Assembly: GCA_951812525.1 (NCBI GenBank)
Contig: OX638316.1
Coordinates: 2,472,506-2,536,505, forward strand
Length of the DNA stretch: 64,000 nt
Direction of reading: 5' to 3'
Source of the DNA: an uncultured Poribacteria bacterium
GTDB lineage: Bacteria; Poribacteria; WGA-4E; WGA-3G
Made by a program: the position numbers and the translations under genes. The notes beneath the pieces were generated by a model. The model was not told the DNA's origin. It was given only the letters and a program-made list of their open reading frames with translations, and did not search any database. Below are positions 30,353 through 38,996 of this stretch, piece by piece. The stretch's first letter is position 1, and every line of letters begins with the position of its first letter.

Positions 30353-30381
30353 ATTATACTATATTTGTGTTTTAATTGCAA
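30353..30381 (-). promoter_or_regulatory. sigma70 promoter of the pyr operon
   Basis: Minus strand TTGCAA-17 nt-TATAAT just upstream of the PyrR loop. Confidence 0.75.
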
Positions 30382-30557
30382 ACTTTTTTATCTTCATCAC
30401 AGTTCAAAGAGAAATTGCTATGCGAAGTTCTCCTGTAATCAAGAATGAAGATGGCAAACCTCCCCCATGGCTCCTCAATTTTATCTACGAGACCCTGAAT
30501 GTTTCAACCGTAAGACGGAAGGCAATCAATTTATGGGTCCCGCAGATAGCGTGCTGG

Positions 30558-31340
30558 TTACTGACCTTGCACTGCACTGATTTCATCTTCCGAAATCTTG
30601 TGGACGCTTTTCGGATTAAACGTCTGAGTTGTATCAACGCGTAAGGCAACCTCAATCCTACCACCCGTCAGCACAAAGAACTGGATTAGGAAACCACCAC
30701 CCTGCATTGATTCCACCTGATATTCCTCTTCATCAAGGTCTCCAAGCCACCCTGGTAATGTTTCCTCAAATTTTTGGTGATTGAGGACATCTTCTGGCAG
30801 CGCAATAATCAGGGTGCCTGGAGCATCGCCGATCGCATTGCCAATTACCTTTCGTTTTTCTACCATGAACGGCACAACACAGTTGGCATATTCAAAATCA
30901 TCGACAGTCGTGTATTCCGGCGGCACAAGCCCCCACGTCAGATGATGGATGAACGGATTCCCATATCCTTGGCTAAGCATGTGCTCCAGTGCTGACTTGT
31001 CAACGGGATGTACAACAGCAACGTAGTCGAACCATCCTTCACTGTGTGCCGGACTGTCTGCGGGTAATTGCGCCGAGACATTGATATAATCACAGCCGTC
31101 AACAGGCGATGGGTAGCACCGCGCATCCCACCCGTTGACATAACCGAGTTGTTTCAAACCATCTGCCACCAGATGGGGCGGATCGCAGAAAATCGCAGCG
31201 TGATCCATATTGGGATAAATTTCTACGCCTGCTCCTATGACGCGTTCTGCAACATCGGTCGCCTCCGTGAAACGAAGATCAGCGTTTTCAATTGTCAAAT
31301 AATCGGCAAAATTTGTTGGTAACGTAATTAAGTTTTTCAT
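30558..31340 (-). CDS. Hypothetical protein, possible VOC/HPPD-like metalloenzyme
   Basis: GGAGG RBS before ATG 31340; DHAA, FIHHLTWG and LIQFF...IEVALR...F motifs. Confidence 0.6.
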   Translation of the reverse strand: MKNLITLPTNFADYLTIENADLRFTEATDVAERVIGAGVEIYPNMDHAAIFCDPPHLVADGLKQLGYVNGWDARCYPSPVDGCDYINVSAQLPADSPAHSEGWFDYVAVVHPVDKSALEHMLSQGYGNPFIHHLTWGLVPPEYTTVDDFEYANCVVPFMVEKRKVIGNAIGDAPGTLIIALPEDVLNHQKFEETLPGWLGDLDEEEYQVESMQGGGFLIQFFVLTGGRIEVALRVDTTQTFNPKSVHKISEDEISAVQGQ

Positions 31341-31528
31341 GGGAAACCTCCGTCTGCGCCTTGAAAAAAGGAGATTTAGATAAATCAATGAGTCCGACTT
31401 AGATGATACAAGTCTAACAGAAACAGTGATGGTAAGCAAGCCTTTTTTCTTGAAAAAAGTGCATATCTCTGTTAGTGTTAATATGGGCTTTCAAGCTACG
31501 CCCTACACTTAAAACAGAGGAGAAAGTG

Positions 31529-32317
31529 ATGAGAAAAAATACCTTTCGAGAATTGCTAAACGCTGACAAACCCACTGTTGGCACGCATATTCATACAACT
31601 TGGCCCTCCATCGTTGAGGCGATCGGACACACTGGCATGTATGACTACGTCGAATTCGTGGGAGAATACGGTCCGTTCGATCTACACGATTTGGATAACT
31701 TGTGTCGGGCGGCTGAACTTCACAACATCTCGACCATGATCAAGGTCGACCAGGAGCCACGCGGCTTCATTGCACAACGCGCAATCGGTTCTGGCTTTCA
31801 GAGTGTGCTTTACGCCGATTGTCAGAATGTTGATGACGTTAAGGAATGCGTTTGCATCACGCGGGCTGATACCCCTGAAGATGGGGGTAGTTACGGTGTG
31901 GCAACCCGTCGGTTTTCCTATATGGGTTACGGCGGAGGTCCAGAATATGTCCAAGCACTCCGTGATGTTGTTGTTGTTATTATGATTGAGAAAAAAGGCA
32001 CCGTTGATAACATTGAAGAAGTCCTATCTGTCGAAGGCGTTGATATGATCCAGTGGGGCGGTTCGGATTATTCAATGAGTATCGGGAAAGTCGGTCAGCG
32101 CGGTGCTCCTGAAATCCGTGAGGCGCAGGATAGAGTGTTTAAGACCGCCGTAAAGATGGGGGTACCACCACGCGCCGAAATCGGAAGTGCCGACGACGCG
32201 AAACACTATCTTGATATGGGTGTCCGACACTTCTGCATCGGCACAGACATCTCCATTCTCTACAGTTGGTGGCGGGAGGAGGGTGACGGGTTACGGAAGG
32301 CTATTGAAGGACACTAG
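31529..32317 (+). CDS. HpcH/HpaI aldolase family protein
   Basis: DYVEFVGEYGPFD, IMIEKK, GVDMIQWGGSDYSMS; GAGGAG RBS. Confidence 0.85.
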   Translation: MRKNTFRELLNADKPTVGTHIHTTWPSIVEAIGHTGMYDYVEFVGEYGPFDLHDLDNLCRAAELHNISTMIKVDQEPRGFIAQRAIGSGFQSVLYADCQNVDDVKECVCITRADTPEDGGSYGVATRRFSYMGYGGGPEYVQALRDVVVVIMIEKKGTVDNIEEVLSVEGVDMIQWGGSDYSMSIGKVGQRGAPEIREAQDRVFKTAVKMGVPPRAEIGSADDAKHYLDMGVRHFCIGTDISILYSWWREEGDGLRKAIEGH

Positions 32318-32320
32318 CAG

Positions 32321-32408
32321 AGTCGTCAGTTGTCGGTTGTCAGTTAAAGAGGACTTTGGTTCAAAACCCACCTCTTAACTGACCACTGATAACCGATAAC
32401 CGACAACT
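32321..32408. repeat. Heptamer-armed palindromic element
   Basis: Left arm GTCAGTT GTCGGTT GTCAGTT AAAGAGG; right arm CCTCTT AACTGAC CACTGAT AACCGAT AACCGAC AACT; fills the gap between convergent genes. Confidence 0.75.
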
Positions 32409-32409
32409 A

Positions 32410-33138
32410 TTAAAGCATCGCTTGCATCTTTTCCGCAACCCAATCCACTGCCACATCAATCATCGCTTGCCCTTTCTCAACCGTCGCTAACTTGGCTTGA
32501 TGGTGATATTCTCGGTCAGATTTCGCCTGTCCTTCGTTAGAGATGGTGAGTTTCGCGCTGTCGTAATCCACGCCGTTCCAATCAACGTTTTCTACAAAAG
32601 CGGCGAGCGCAAACGCTGTCTCAAATTCCGCCGCGTGCCCAGGGCAAACACCCGATTCCATCTGCTCTTTAACCAACGCTTCGGTGTATGCTTCCCAGTA
32701 GGAATGAAATGCGATGTTGATGCCAAGTTTTTCTCGGTAACCATCTAATCGCTCATGCACTGGACCAGAGTTTCCAGCGTGTCCGTTGACAATCAGGATA
32801 TTATCAATACCGTGCCGACGCATGCTATCGGCAACGTCATAAAGCACTTCGCCGAAGACCTCTGGACGGAGCGTGAGCGTGCCCTTGTGGTCCATCCAGT
32901 GTTCAGATACACCGATCGCTAAAGGTGTTGTGACAATAACCTGTGGGAACAACTTTTCGGCTGCTAATTTGGATACATGCACTGCGCTTTGTGTATCGTG
33001 ATACATCGCTAAGTGTTCGTTATGTTGCTCTGTACTTCCTGTCGGAATGATCGCGCCTTTGAGGGTGCCAGCATCAATCGCCTCTCGGACATAACGCCGT
33101 TGGTTTTCCCAAAGTAGCACAGATTTGATTTGAGACAT
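32410..33138 (-). CDS. Creatininase/creatinine amidohydrolase family protein
   Basis: PTGSTEQH.EHL...D, GVSEHWM...GTL, NGHAGN, HAAEFET. Confidence 0.88.
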   Translation of the reverse strand: MSQIKSVLLWENQRRYVREAIDAGTLKGAIIPTGSTEQHNEHLAMYHDTQSAVHVSKLAAEKLFPQVIVTTPLAIGVSEHWMDHKGTLTLRPEVFGEVLYDVADSMRRHGIDNILIVNGHAGNSGPVHERLDGYREKLGINIAFHSYWEAYTEALVKEQMESGVCPGHAAEFETAFALAAFVENVDWNGVDYDSAKLTISNEGQAKSDREYHHQAKLATVEKGQAMIDVAVDWVAEKMQAML

Positions 33139-33141
33139 AGT

Positions 33142-34185
33142 CTACCTCCGCTGTTTCGGTAGGACACCACACCTACCAAGTGTGTTTCGGATAGCTGCAA
33201 TTCCGTCTTCCATTAATTCCCGGTTCGGTGGTAAGTAGTCTTGCAAGCTTTCCCAGTCGTATGCGTTCTGCTTCGCGTCGTTGTTTTTAAAAAGAATCTT
33301 AGTGCCGTAATCGCGGATTTCGTTAATCGTCCACTCATAGATGTAGAAACCGAAAATGTCCGCGTGTAGGGTGATGTTGCTTTGTCTCTCTGCGAGATAG
33401 CGTTCCAAAACCACCTCAAACCGTTCCTCTGTGAAAGAGACTAAGTCTTTTTCAGGAGGACCTAAGCAGACACCATCCCAATCAATCAAGTGAAGTCGGT
33501 TTTCAGGATCCAGAATAAGATTGCCGGGGGTCGGGTCGCCGTGTGTGATGACGAATGGGGTTTGTAGTGCTCCTGCTGAACGTCCGAGGCTATCATATCT
33601 ATCTAATGTCTCCGAGACAGCGGATTGATGCTGTGTGAGTGCTTCGAGTAGCTGTTTCTGGTATTGGTTCTGAGACTGTATCTCTTTTGCTGGTGCCTCA
33701 AGTACTGTGTGAAGTTCATGTCGTAAAGGTAAGTCATACTTTGCGACTGTGAGGTAATTAGATGCAATTGTCCTTGGACATTCGTGGATTGCCGCCAGCA
33801 ACGCCCCCGTTTGTGATAGTTCTGTATCGGTGAAATCCTTTTCAACTTTCCACAAATCCCAACGACTTTTGCCCTCAATGAACGGAAACAGCGAGACACG
33901 AAAATCTTGCCACGGAACACTGATTGTTCCGTCCTGCGTTTCCAATGGAGCGACAACACCCGGTATATTGCATCTGTGCCGCAAAAGAGATGCTACGTGC
34001 AAACGGCTATCTGGTACAGAAGTTGAGGCTTTGACAAAATACTTTTTACCTGTCTCGGAAACAACAATGTAGCCGTAACTATCTTCGCCTTCGGGGAAAA
34101 AGGTGATGGATTGCAAAGGTAGATCGTAAGCAGTCCTGAGATGTTGTAGTAATTCCCTTTTATCAAAGGTGTTATCAACTTTCAT
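33142..34185 (-). CDS. Aminoglycoside phosphotransferase-like kinase (APH family)
   Basis: YFVK, THGDPTPGNLIL catalytic loop, IDWD, PEKDL. Confidence 0.8.
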   Translation of the reverse strand: MKVDNTFDKRELLQHLRTAYDLPLQSITFFPEGEDSYGYIVVSETGKKYFVKASTSVPDSRLHVASLLRHRCNIPGVVAPLETQDGTISVPWQDFRVSLFPFIEGKSRWDLWKVEKDFTDTELSQTGALLAAIHECPRTIASNYLTVAKYDLPLRHELHTVLEAPAKEIQSQNQYQKQLLEALTQHQSAVSETLDRYDSLGRSAGALQTPFVITHGDPTPGNLILDPENRLHLIDWDGVCLGPPEKDLVSFTEERFEVVLERYLAERQSNITLHADIFGFYIYEWTINEIRDYGTKILFKNNDAKQNAYDWESLQDYLPPNRELMEDGIAAIRNTLGRCGVLPKQRR

Positions 34186-34198
34186 AAGCGAGATCTAC

Positions 34199-34639
34199 TT
34201 AATCTGCTGAAGGCGATGCCACTTTCTGGAGAACCACTTTACTCGGACTACTTAACTCTAAAGCCTTGGCGATGTTTCCCATGTTAATCGCAATTTTGAA
34301 ATTTTTCGTAGAGGTCGAAAACCGTCCCAAATACTCCCCTTCAGGCACATCCCCATAGTTTTCAACGTATTTTATCTGAATTTTCTGACCTGTTGCAAAC
34401 GTTGCTTCAAGCATGTCACCTAGTTTCCAGCCCTGTTCGGTAAACGGCGCAATTTCCAGATCAGTCACAGCATTACCGTGGTCATCGATTGCAGTAATTG
34501 TTCCAGAGAGCGATGTTGTTTGAGAAACCTCCGGCGCACTCGTTTTTTGACTGCATCCAATAAGGAGTGCTGTGGTCATAAAGACGGCTATGAGTGCCAA
34601 CCGCCGATTGTGCACACAGAATTGATGGTAGAAATTCAC
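34199..34639 (-). CDS. Lipoprotein with stand-alone SAM hydroxide adenosyltransferase (DUF62/fluorinase-family) C-terminal domain
   Basis: Lipobox LLIGC; G.I.AIDDHGNAVTD, YGDVPEGE, IAINMGN.A..L pattern; GTG start after GGAGG. Confidence 0.7.
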   Translation of the reverse strand: MNFYHQFCVHNRRLALIAVFMTTALLIGCSQKTSAPEVSQTTSLSGTITAIDDHGNAVTDLEIAPFTEQGWKLGDMLEATFATGQKIQIKYVENYGDVPEGEYLGRFSTSTKNFKIAINMGNIAKALELSSPSKVVLQKVASPSAD

Positions 34640-34675
34640 TATGATACCTCCATAAATCTTTTTTAAACTACGTTA

Positions 34676-34704
34676 AGTATAGTAGAAAGACAGGCAAATG
34701 TCAA
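34676..34704 (-). promoter_or_regulatory. sigma70 promoter for the lipoprotein-kinase-creatininase unit
   Basis: Minus strand TTGACA-17 nt-TATACT. Confidence 0.7.
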
Positions 34705-34728
34705 GCGGAAGTAAATAGACAATTCAGT

Positions 34729-34757
34729 TTGACATATAAGCGGGTTTGTGCTATTTT
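34729..34757 (+). promoter_or_regulatory. Divergent sigma70 promoter for the EEP lipoprotein
   Basis: TTGACA-17 nt-TATTTT with extended TG. Confidence 0.45.
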
Positions 34758-34862
34758 CTTTTTCGTATGATTTCTTTACATTCAATAGAAATTCTATATC
34801 AATTGCGGTCGAAGGTCACCTATTATCAAAGTAACCTCAGTTTAAAAATTGAGACGTTGGAG

Positions 34863-35984
34863 ATGAATATGTCGAAAACAATGAATCTTTATGGAAAATT
34901 TTTGAAACCTATAAGTTCCGTCAAAATCGTGATTCTGTTATTTGGGATCCTGTTGAGTTTTTCTGGCTGTGAAAAAATACAAATGCCAATGTTACCAGAT
35001 ACCAGCACTCCAGATGCAGAACCACTGATAGTGATGACCTATAACGTTTACGTCGGTAGCAGTGCAGAACCACTTTTGACCGTAGAGAATGTCTTACAAG
35101 TCCCGACAGAGGTTGCTAACATGTACAACAACGTTATAGCATCCGATTTTCCAGGACGTGCTGCGGCTATCGCCAAATCTATAAAAGCATATCAGCCACA
35201 CGTCGTCGGCTTACAGGAAATTTCACTAATTCGCCAACAAAGTCCAGGTGATCGAATTGCCGGAGGGACTGTCCCTGCTGAAGAAGTTGTCATGGATTTT
35301 CTCCAAATCTTAATGGACGCACTTCAAGCGGAGGGTTTAGATTATCAAGTCGCTGCCCAAATTCAAAACATAGATGTCGAAATGCCTATGTTCGCGGATA
35401 CCGGAATTGTTGATGTGCGCTTAACCGATTTTGACGTCCTATTGACGCGCGGTGATGTCGCGATATCACGTGCGGCGAGCGAAAACTATGCAAATGTCCT
35501 TACAATCGATATGCTTGCTCTTGAAGTCCATAGGGGTTATACCGCCATAGATGCTACTGTTGCTGGTGTTACTTACCGCGTCGTTAATACACACTTAGAA
35601 GCGTTCGCGCAAGAAAATCGGGTTGCACAAACGCAAGAACTGGTCGATATTCTTAGTGACGAAACCTTGCCGGTTATCCTGTTGGGGGATTTCAATACGG
35701 CAGCACCCGACGGCACCGGTTATCAGATTTTCCTATCGGCGGGATATGTTGACGTTTGGCAGATGGATTCTGAAGGAACTGGCAAAACCTGTTGTCAGGA
35801 CGACGACATCCTGAATGAAGTGAGTGATCTCTCTAAACGGATTGACTTGATTTTTGTGCGTAATCTGGAGCTTCCTACTTCTGTTTTGACGCACACTGTA
35901 GGCGATACACCGTCAGAACGGTTAGACTCTGGATTGTGGCCCTCTGATCACGCTGGTGTTGTTGCACATCTCGCATTTGAGTAG
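34863..35984 (+). CDS. Endonuclease/exonuclease/phosphatase (EEP) family lipoprotein
   Basis: Lipobox FSGC; VMTYN, GLQE, NTHLE, LLGDFN, RID.IF, PSDHAGV. Confidence 0.88.
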   Translation: MNMSKTMNLYGKFLKPISSVKIVILLFGILLSFSGCEKIQMPMLPDTSTPDAEPLIVMTYNVYVGSSAEPLLTVENVLQVPTEVANMYNNVIASDFPGRAAAIAKSIKAYQPHVVGLQEISLIRQQSPGDRIAGGTVPAEEVVMDFLQILMDALQAEGLDYQVAAQIQNIDVEMPMFADTGIVDVRLTDFDVLLTRGDVAISRAASENYANVLTIDMLALEVHRGYTAIDATVAGVTYRVVNTHLEAFAQENRVAQTQELVDILSDETLPVILLGDFNTAAPDGTGYQIFLSAGYVDVWQMDSEGTGKTCCQDDDILNEVSDLSKRIDLIFVRNLELPTSVLTHTVGDTPSERLDSGLWPSDHAGVVAHLAFE

Positions 35985-36015
35985 GACAAAATCGTTTGAC
36001 TATCTAAAAAAACAG

Positions 36016-36056
36016 AGCGCGATGCGACCGGATTTGAAAATCTGTTGCATCGCGCT
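36016..36056. terminator. Intrinsic terminator between convergent genes
   Basis: AGCGCGATGC...GCATCGCGCT stem with an A7 run on the left (U-tract on the minus strand). Confidence 0.75.
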
Positions 36057-36078
36057 TTCCGTTTAATCGAATACGTCC

Positions 36079-37266
36079 CTACTCGAAAATCTCAAGTTTG
36101 CCATTTTTAACAATTAGGACAACCGGATCATAAATCGCGTCTCCGTTGGGATCGAAAGAAAATTTACCTAAAATGGTGTCAAAATCTTTGATACCAGCAA
36201 GCGCAGCAGCAATCGCCTCTGAATCCGTTGATTGAGTGTTCCTGATCGCTTCCGCCAGGATATAAACAGCAGCATACGATTGTGCTGCCCAAACGCTGGG
36301 TTCCATACCGTATTTCGCGGTGTAATTCTGAACAAAGGTTTGATTTCCTGGCGTATCTGCCGTGCTGACCCAACTCGTAAAGGTGATCGCACCCTCAGCA
36401 GCGTCTCCTGCACTTCGGATCTCATCTATGGACAGGACGTGAGAAATAAATGGAATATCAGTAGGAATCCCTAATTCGCGTCCTTGCATGAGAATCTTAA
36501 TAACCTCTATTTGCTGGGCAGAAATAAAAATCGCGTCCGGATTTAACGCCTTTATCCGAGTTAATTGGGCGGAAAAGTCGGTATCACCAGTCGCGAAAGT
36601 CTCCGTCGTTAGCACCTCAACACCGTTTTCGGCAAAGACTTTTCTATGTACTTCATCGCTAACTCGGGAAGCGAAGTCAACCGTATCTGCTATTGTTGCT
36701 ACACGCTGGTAGCCGAGTTTCTCCTGTGTCACCCTTATCCCCTCAGGAATCAATACATCCGTAGAATGACTTGCTCGAAAGATAAACTCGCCAATTTCAG
36801 TCAAACCAGCAGCCACGACGACTGGACTAAATGCCACAACTCGGTTTTCTTCTGCAATTGGAAAAACGGATTTGGCAACATGTGATGTCCAGACACCGAG
36901 GATAGCAGGTACTTTATCTTGATGGATTAACTTGTTAAAAGCTTCAATAGCACCTTCTACGGTGCTCATGTCGTCCTCAACAATGAACTTAAGGGTTACA
37001 CCGCCGAGCAGCTGGGATTGATTAATTTCTTCAAGTGCCATATTGAAGCTATTTTCCATCACCAACGCGCCCGGTCCAAATTCACCTGGTCCCAAATCTC
37101 CTGTCTGCGGAAGGGCGACACCAATGGAAATTTCTTCACTGAGATCTTTCGATTGAGTGGAAGGATTGACAACTTGCTCTATTCGTTCGCAGCCAATCAG
37201 ACCCACAACTAGTAGCGCAGTAATAATGAAGATGAAGATAGAGGATATGCAATTTATGATTTTCAT
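36079..37266 (-). CDS. Branched-chain amino acid ABC-type substrate-binding lipoprotein (LivJ/K-like)
   Basis: Lipobox LIGC; IGVALPQTG, MALEEIN, DFSAQLTRIKA.NPDAIF, GKFSFD.NGD. Confidence 0.9.
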   Translation of the reverse strand: MKIINCISSIFIFIITALLVVGLIGCERIEQVVNPSTQSKDLSEEISIGVALPQTGDLGPGEFGPGALVMENSFNMALEEINQSQLLGGVTLKFIVEDDMSTVEGAIEAFNKLIHQDKVPAILGVWTSHVAKSVFPIAEENRVVAFSPVVVAAGLTEIGEFIFRASHSTDVLIPEGIRVTQEKLGYQRVATIADTVDFASRVSDEVHRKVFAENGVEVLTTETFATGDTDFSAQLTRIKALNPDAIFISAQQIEVIKILMQGRELGIPTDIPFISHVLSIDEIRSAGDAAEGAITFTSWVSTADTPGNQTFVQNYTAKYGMEPSVWAAQSYAAVYILAEAIRNTQSTDSEAIAAALAGIKDFDTILGKFSFDPNGDAIYDPVVLIVKNGKLEIFE

Positions 37267-37367
37267 TTTAATTTTTCCTATCCATGAGGATTTAACAATG
37301 TACGAGTTCTCACCGAAATGAGAACTTGCATACTATTTCAAATAGAACTATATTTAAAAATAACTGT

Positions 37368-38537
37368 CTACTCAGGTCCACTAATTTCAAACGTCGTTTC
37401 AGTTGTGTAAGCTTTCACTTGTCCACCAACAATTTGGAATACACCAACACTTTTGACGGGATGGCGGTTCGCATCGAAATGAGAGATACTCGTGGCACCT
37501 TCGTAGTCAGTGATCGCAGCGATTGCATCCCGGATAGCCATTGGATTTGTCGAACCCGCTGCCTCAATTGCGATTGCCAAGATTTTCATGGCATCGTAGC
37601 CGGATGCAGCAATTCCATTGGCAGGATTCTCAAACATCGATTCGTATGCAGAGATAAATTCTACATCATCTGGATCGAAGTTCGTACAATAGTAGGTATT
37701 TTCCAGAGGTGCGTTGTCTTCCAGAATCTCAAACATCAGCGAATCGTCCATGCCATCGCTACCAATAAAGACGGATTCAATGCCCATATCCCTCGCCTGT
37801 TTCATTATGAGTGGATTGGCTGGTGGGAAACTTGCGAGAAAGAGTACATCTGGGTTGGCTTCCTTGATTGCCGTGAGTTGCATATCAAACGTTGTATCTC
37901 CAGATTCATACATTTCCTTAACAACAATGGTACCACCAAGTTCCATGAAATTGGCATCAAATGCTTCAACAAAGCCGATGGAATAGACGTCCTCGTTCTG
38001 CCAAATCATTGCAGCGGTTTCTGCACCGAGTTCATTCACTGCGAACTGCGCCATAAGTTTTGCCTGCAACGCGTTAGAACTCGCCACGAGGAAGAGAAAA
38101 TCTCCGGTTTCCGTTACATTCGCTCCTGTTGCGCCTAAAAGGACCGGAATAGTGGCAATCGGTCCAACTTTCACAGCATGGCTCGAAAACAGGGGACCCA
38201 AGAGTGCTACAACTTTTTCCTCTTCAATTAACTCCATTGCGGATTGAACAACATCTTCCGAGAGTTCTTCTCTATAGACAAATTCAACCTGCATGCCGAG
38301 GACACCACCGGCTTGGTTGATCTCGGATAGAGCGAGTTCCGCACCTTCACCAAAACTGAAGTAAAGTGGATAAGGACGAATCACTCCCACTTTCAGTGTG
38401 GGCATAGTCTCGGTATCAGACGGAGCCACCATCTCTTCTGTCATCCCCATGCCACGCATCCGATCACACCCAGACAGCAACGCCACTGTGAGTGAAAGGA
38501 ATACGCATAGCATCAAACTAAAAATTTTAGTATTCAT
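37368..38537 (-). CDS. Branched-chain amino acid ABC-type substrate-binding lipoprotein (LivJ/K-like)
   Basis: Lipobox LSGC; GAELALSEINQAGGVLG, QLTAIKEANPDV, GYDA, YEGAT.I.FD. Confidence 0.9.
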   Translation of the reverse strand: MNTKIFSLMLCVFLSLTVALLSGCDRMRGMGMTEEMVAPSDTETMPTLKVGVIRPYPLYFSFGEGAELALSEINQAGGVLGMQVEFVYREELSEDVVQSAMELIEEEKVVALLGPLFSSHAVKVGPIATIPVLLGATGANVTETGDFLFLVASSNALQAKLMAQFAVNELGAETAAMIWQNEDVYSIGFVEAFDANFMELGGTIVVKEMYESGDTTFDMQLTAIKEANPDVLFLASFPPANPLIMKQARDMGIESVFIGSDGMDDSLMFEILEDNAPLENTYYCTNFDPDDVEFISAYESMFENPANGIAASGYDAMKILAIAIEAAGSTNPMAIRDAIAAITDYEGATSISHFDANRHPVKSVGVFQIVGGQVKAYTTETTFEISGPE

Positions 38538-38556
38538 AATATCTCCTTAGGCAGTA

Positions 38557-38918
38557 GTAGGCACGAAATGCATGCCATAATGATAGTGTAACTATTTCAT
38601 AAAATTTTTTAGAACTGAGGGACATGAGTCTCAGCCAACGATAAATTTCAGTAAAATATACTAATACATATCATAATTTTTGTCATGTTTTTAAGGCGAG
38701 AAAATCCAGTAGTGGTAAGGGTTGAAGGAATAATCATATCGATGTATTATTAATATTTTTTAGAACATTATATGTTACTTCATAATGATTTATCACGACC
38801 TATTATTAAATTACCTCGTAAATATTTGATTCAACGTACGTAGATAAGTGCCACAAAAAATAGTAGGCACACGTCGTATACCATAACAATGGTGGTAGAC
38901 AAACGACGTATGCCGTAA
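38557..38918 (+). repeat. Three degenerate GTAG-led palindromic units in an AT-rich spacer
   Basis: GTAGGCACGAAATGCATGCCATAA (38557), GTAGGCACACGTCGTATACCATAA (38863), GTAGACAAACGACGTATGCCGTAA (38895). Confidence 0.5.
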
Positions 38919-38996
38919 TTTTAATGAAACTTTCCTATTCTAATTCAATTACACGTCATAAAGCGATATAATATAGTGTAATGTTTCAGAGAAAGG

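Noticed and set aside
32321-32408. Possible CRISPR array
   Set aside because: Units are 7 bp with no unique spacers, are arranged as inverted arms, and no cas genes are present.
33142-34185. Call as a bona fide aminoglycoside resistance gene
   Set aside because: The APH fold alone does not define substrate, and there is no mobile-element context.
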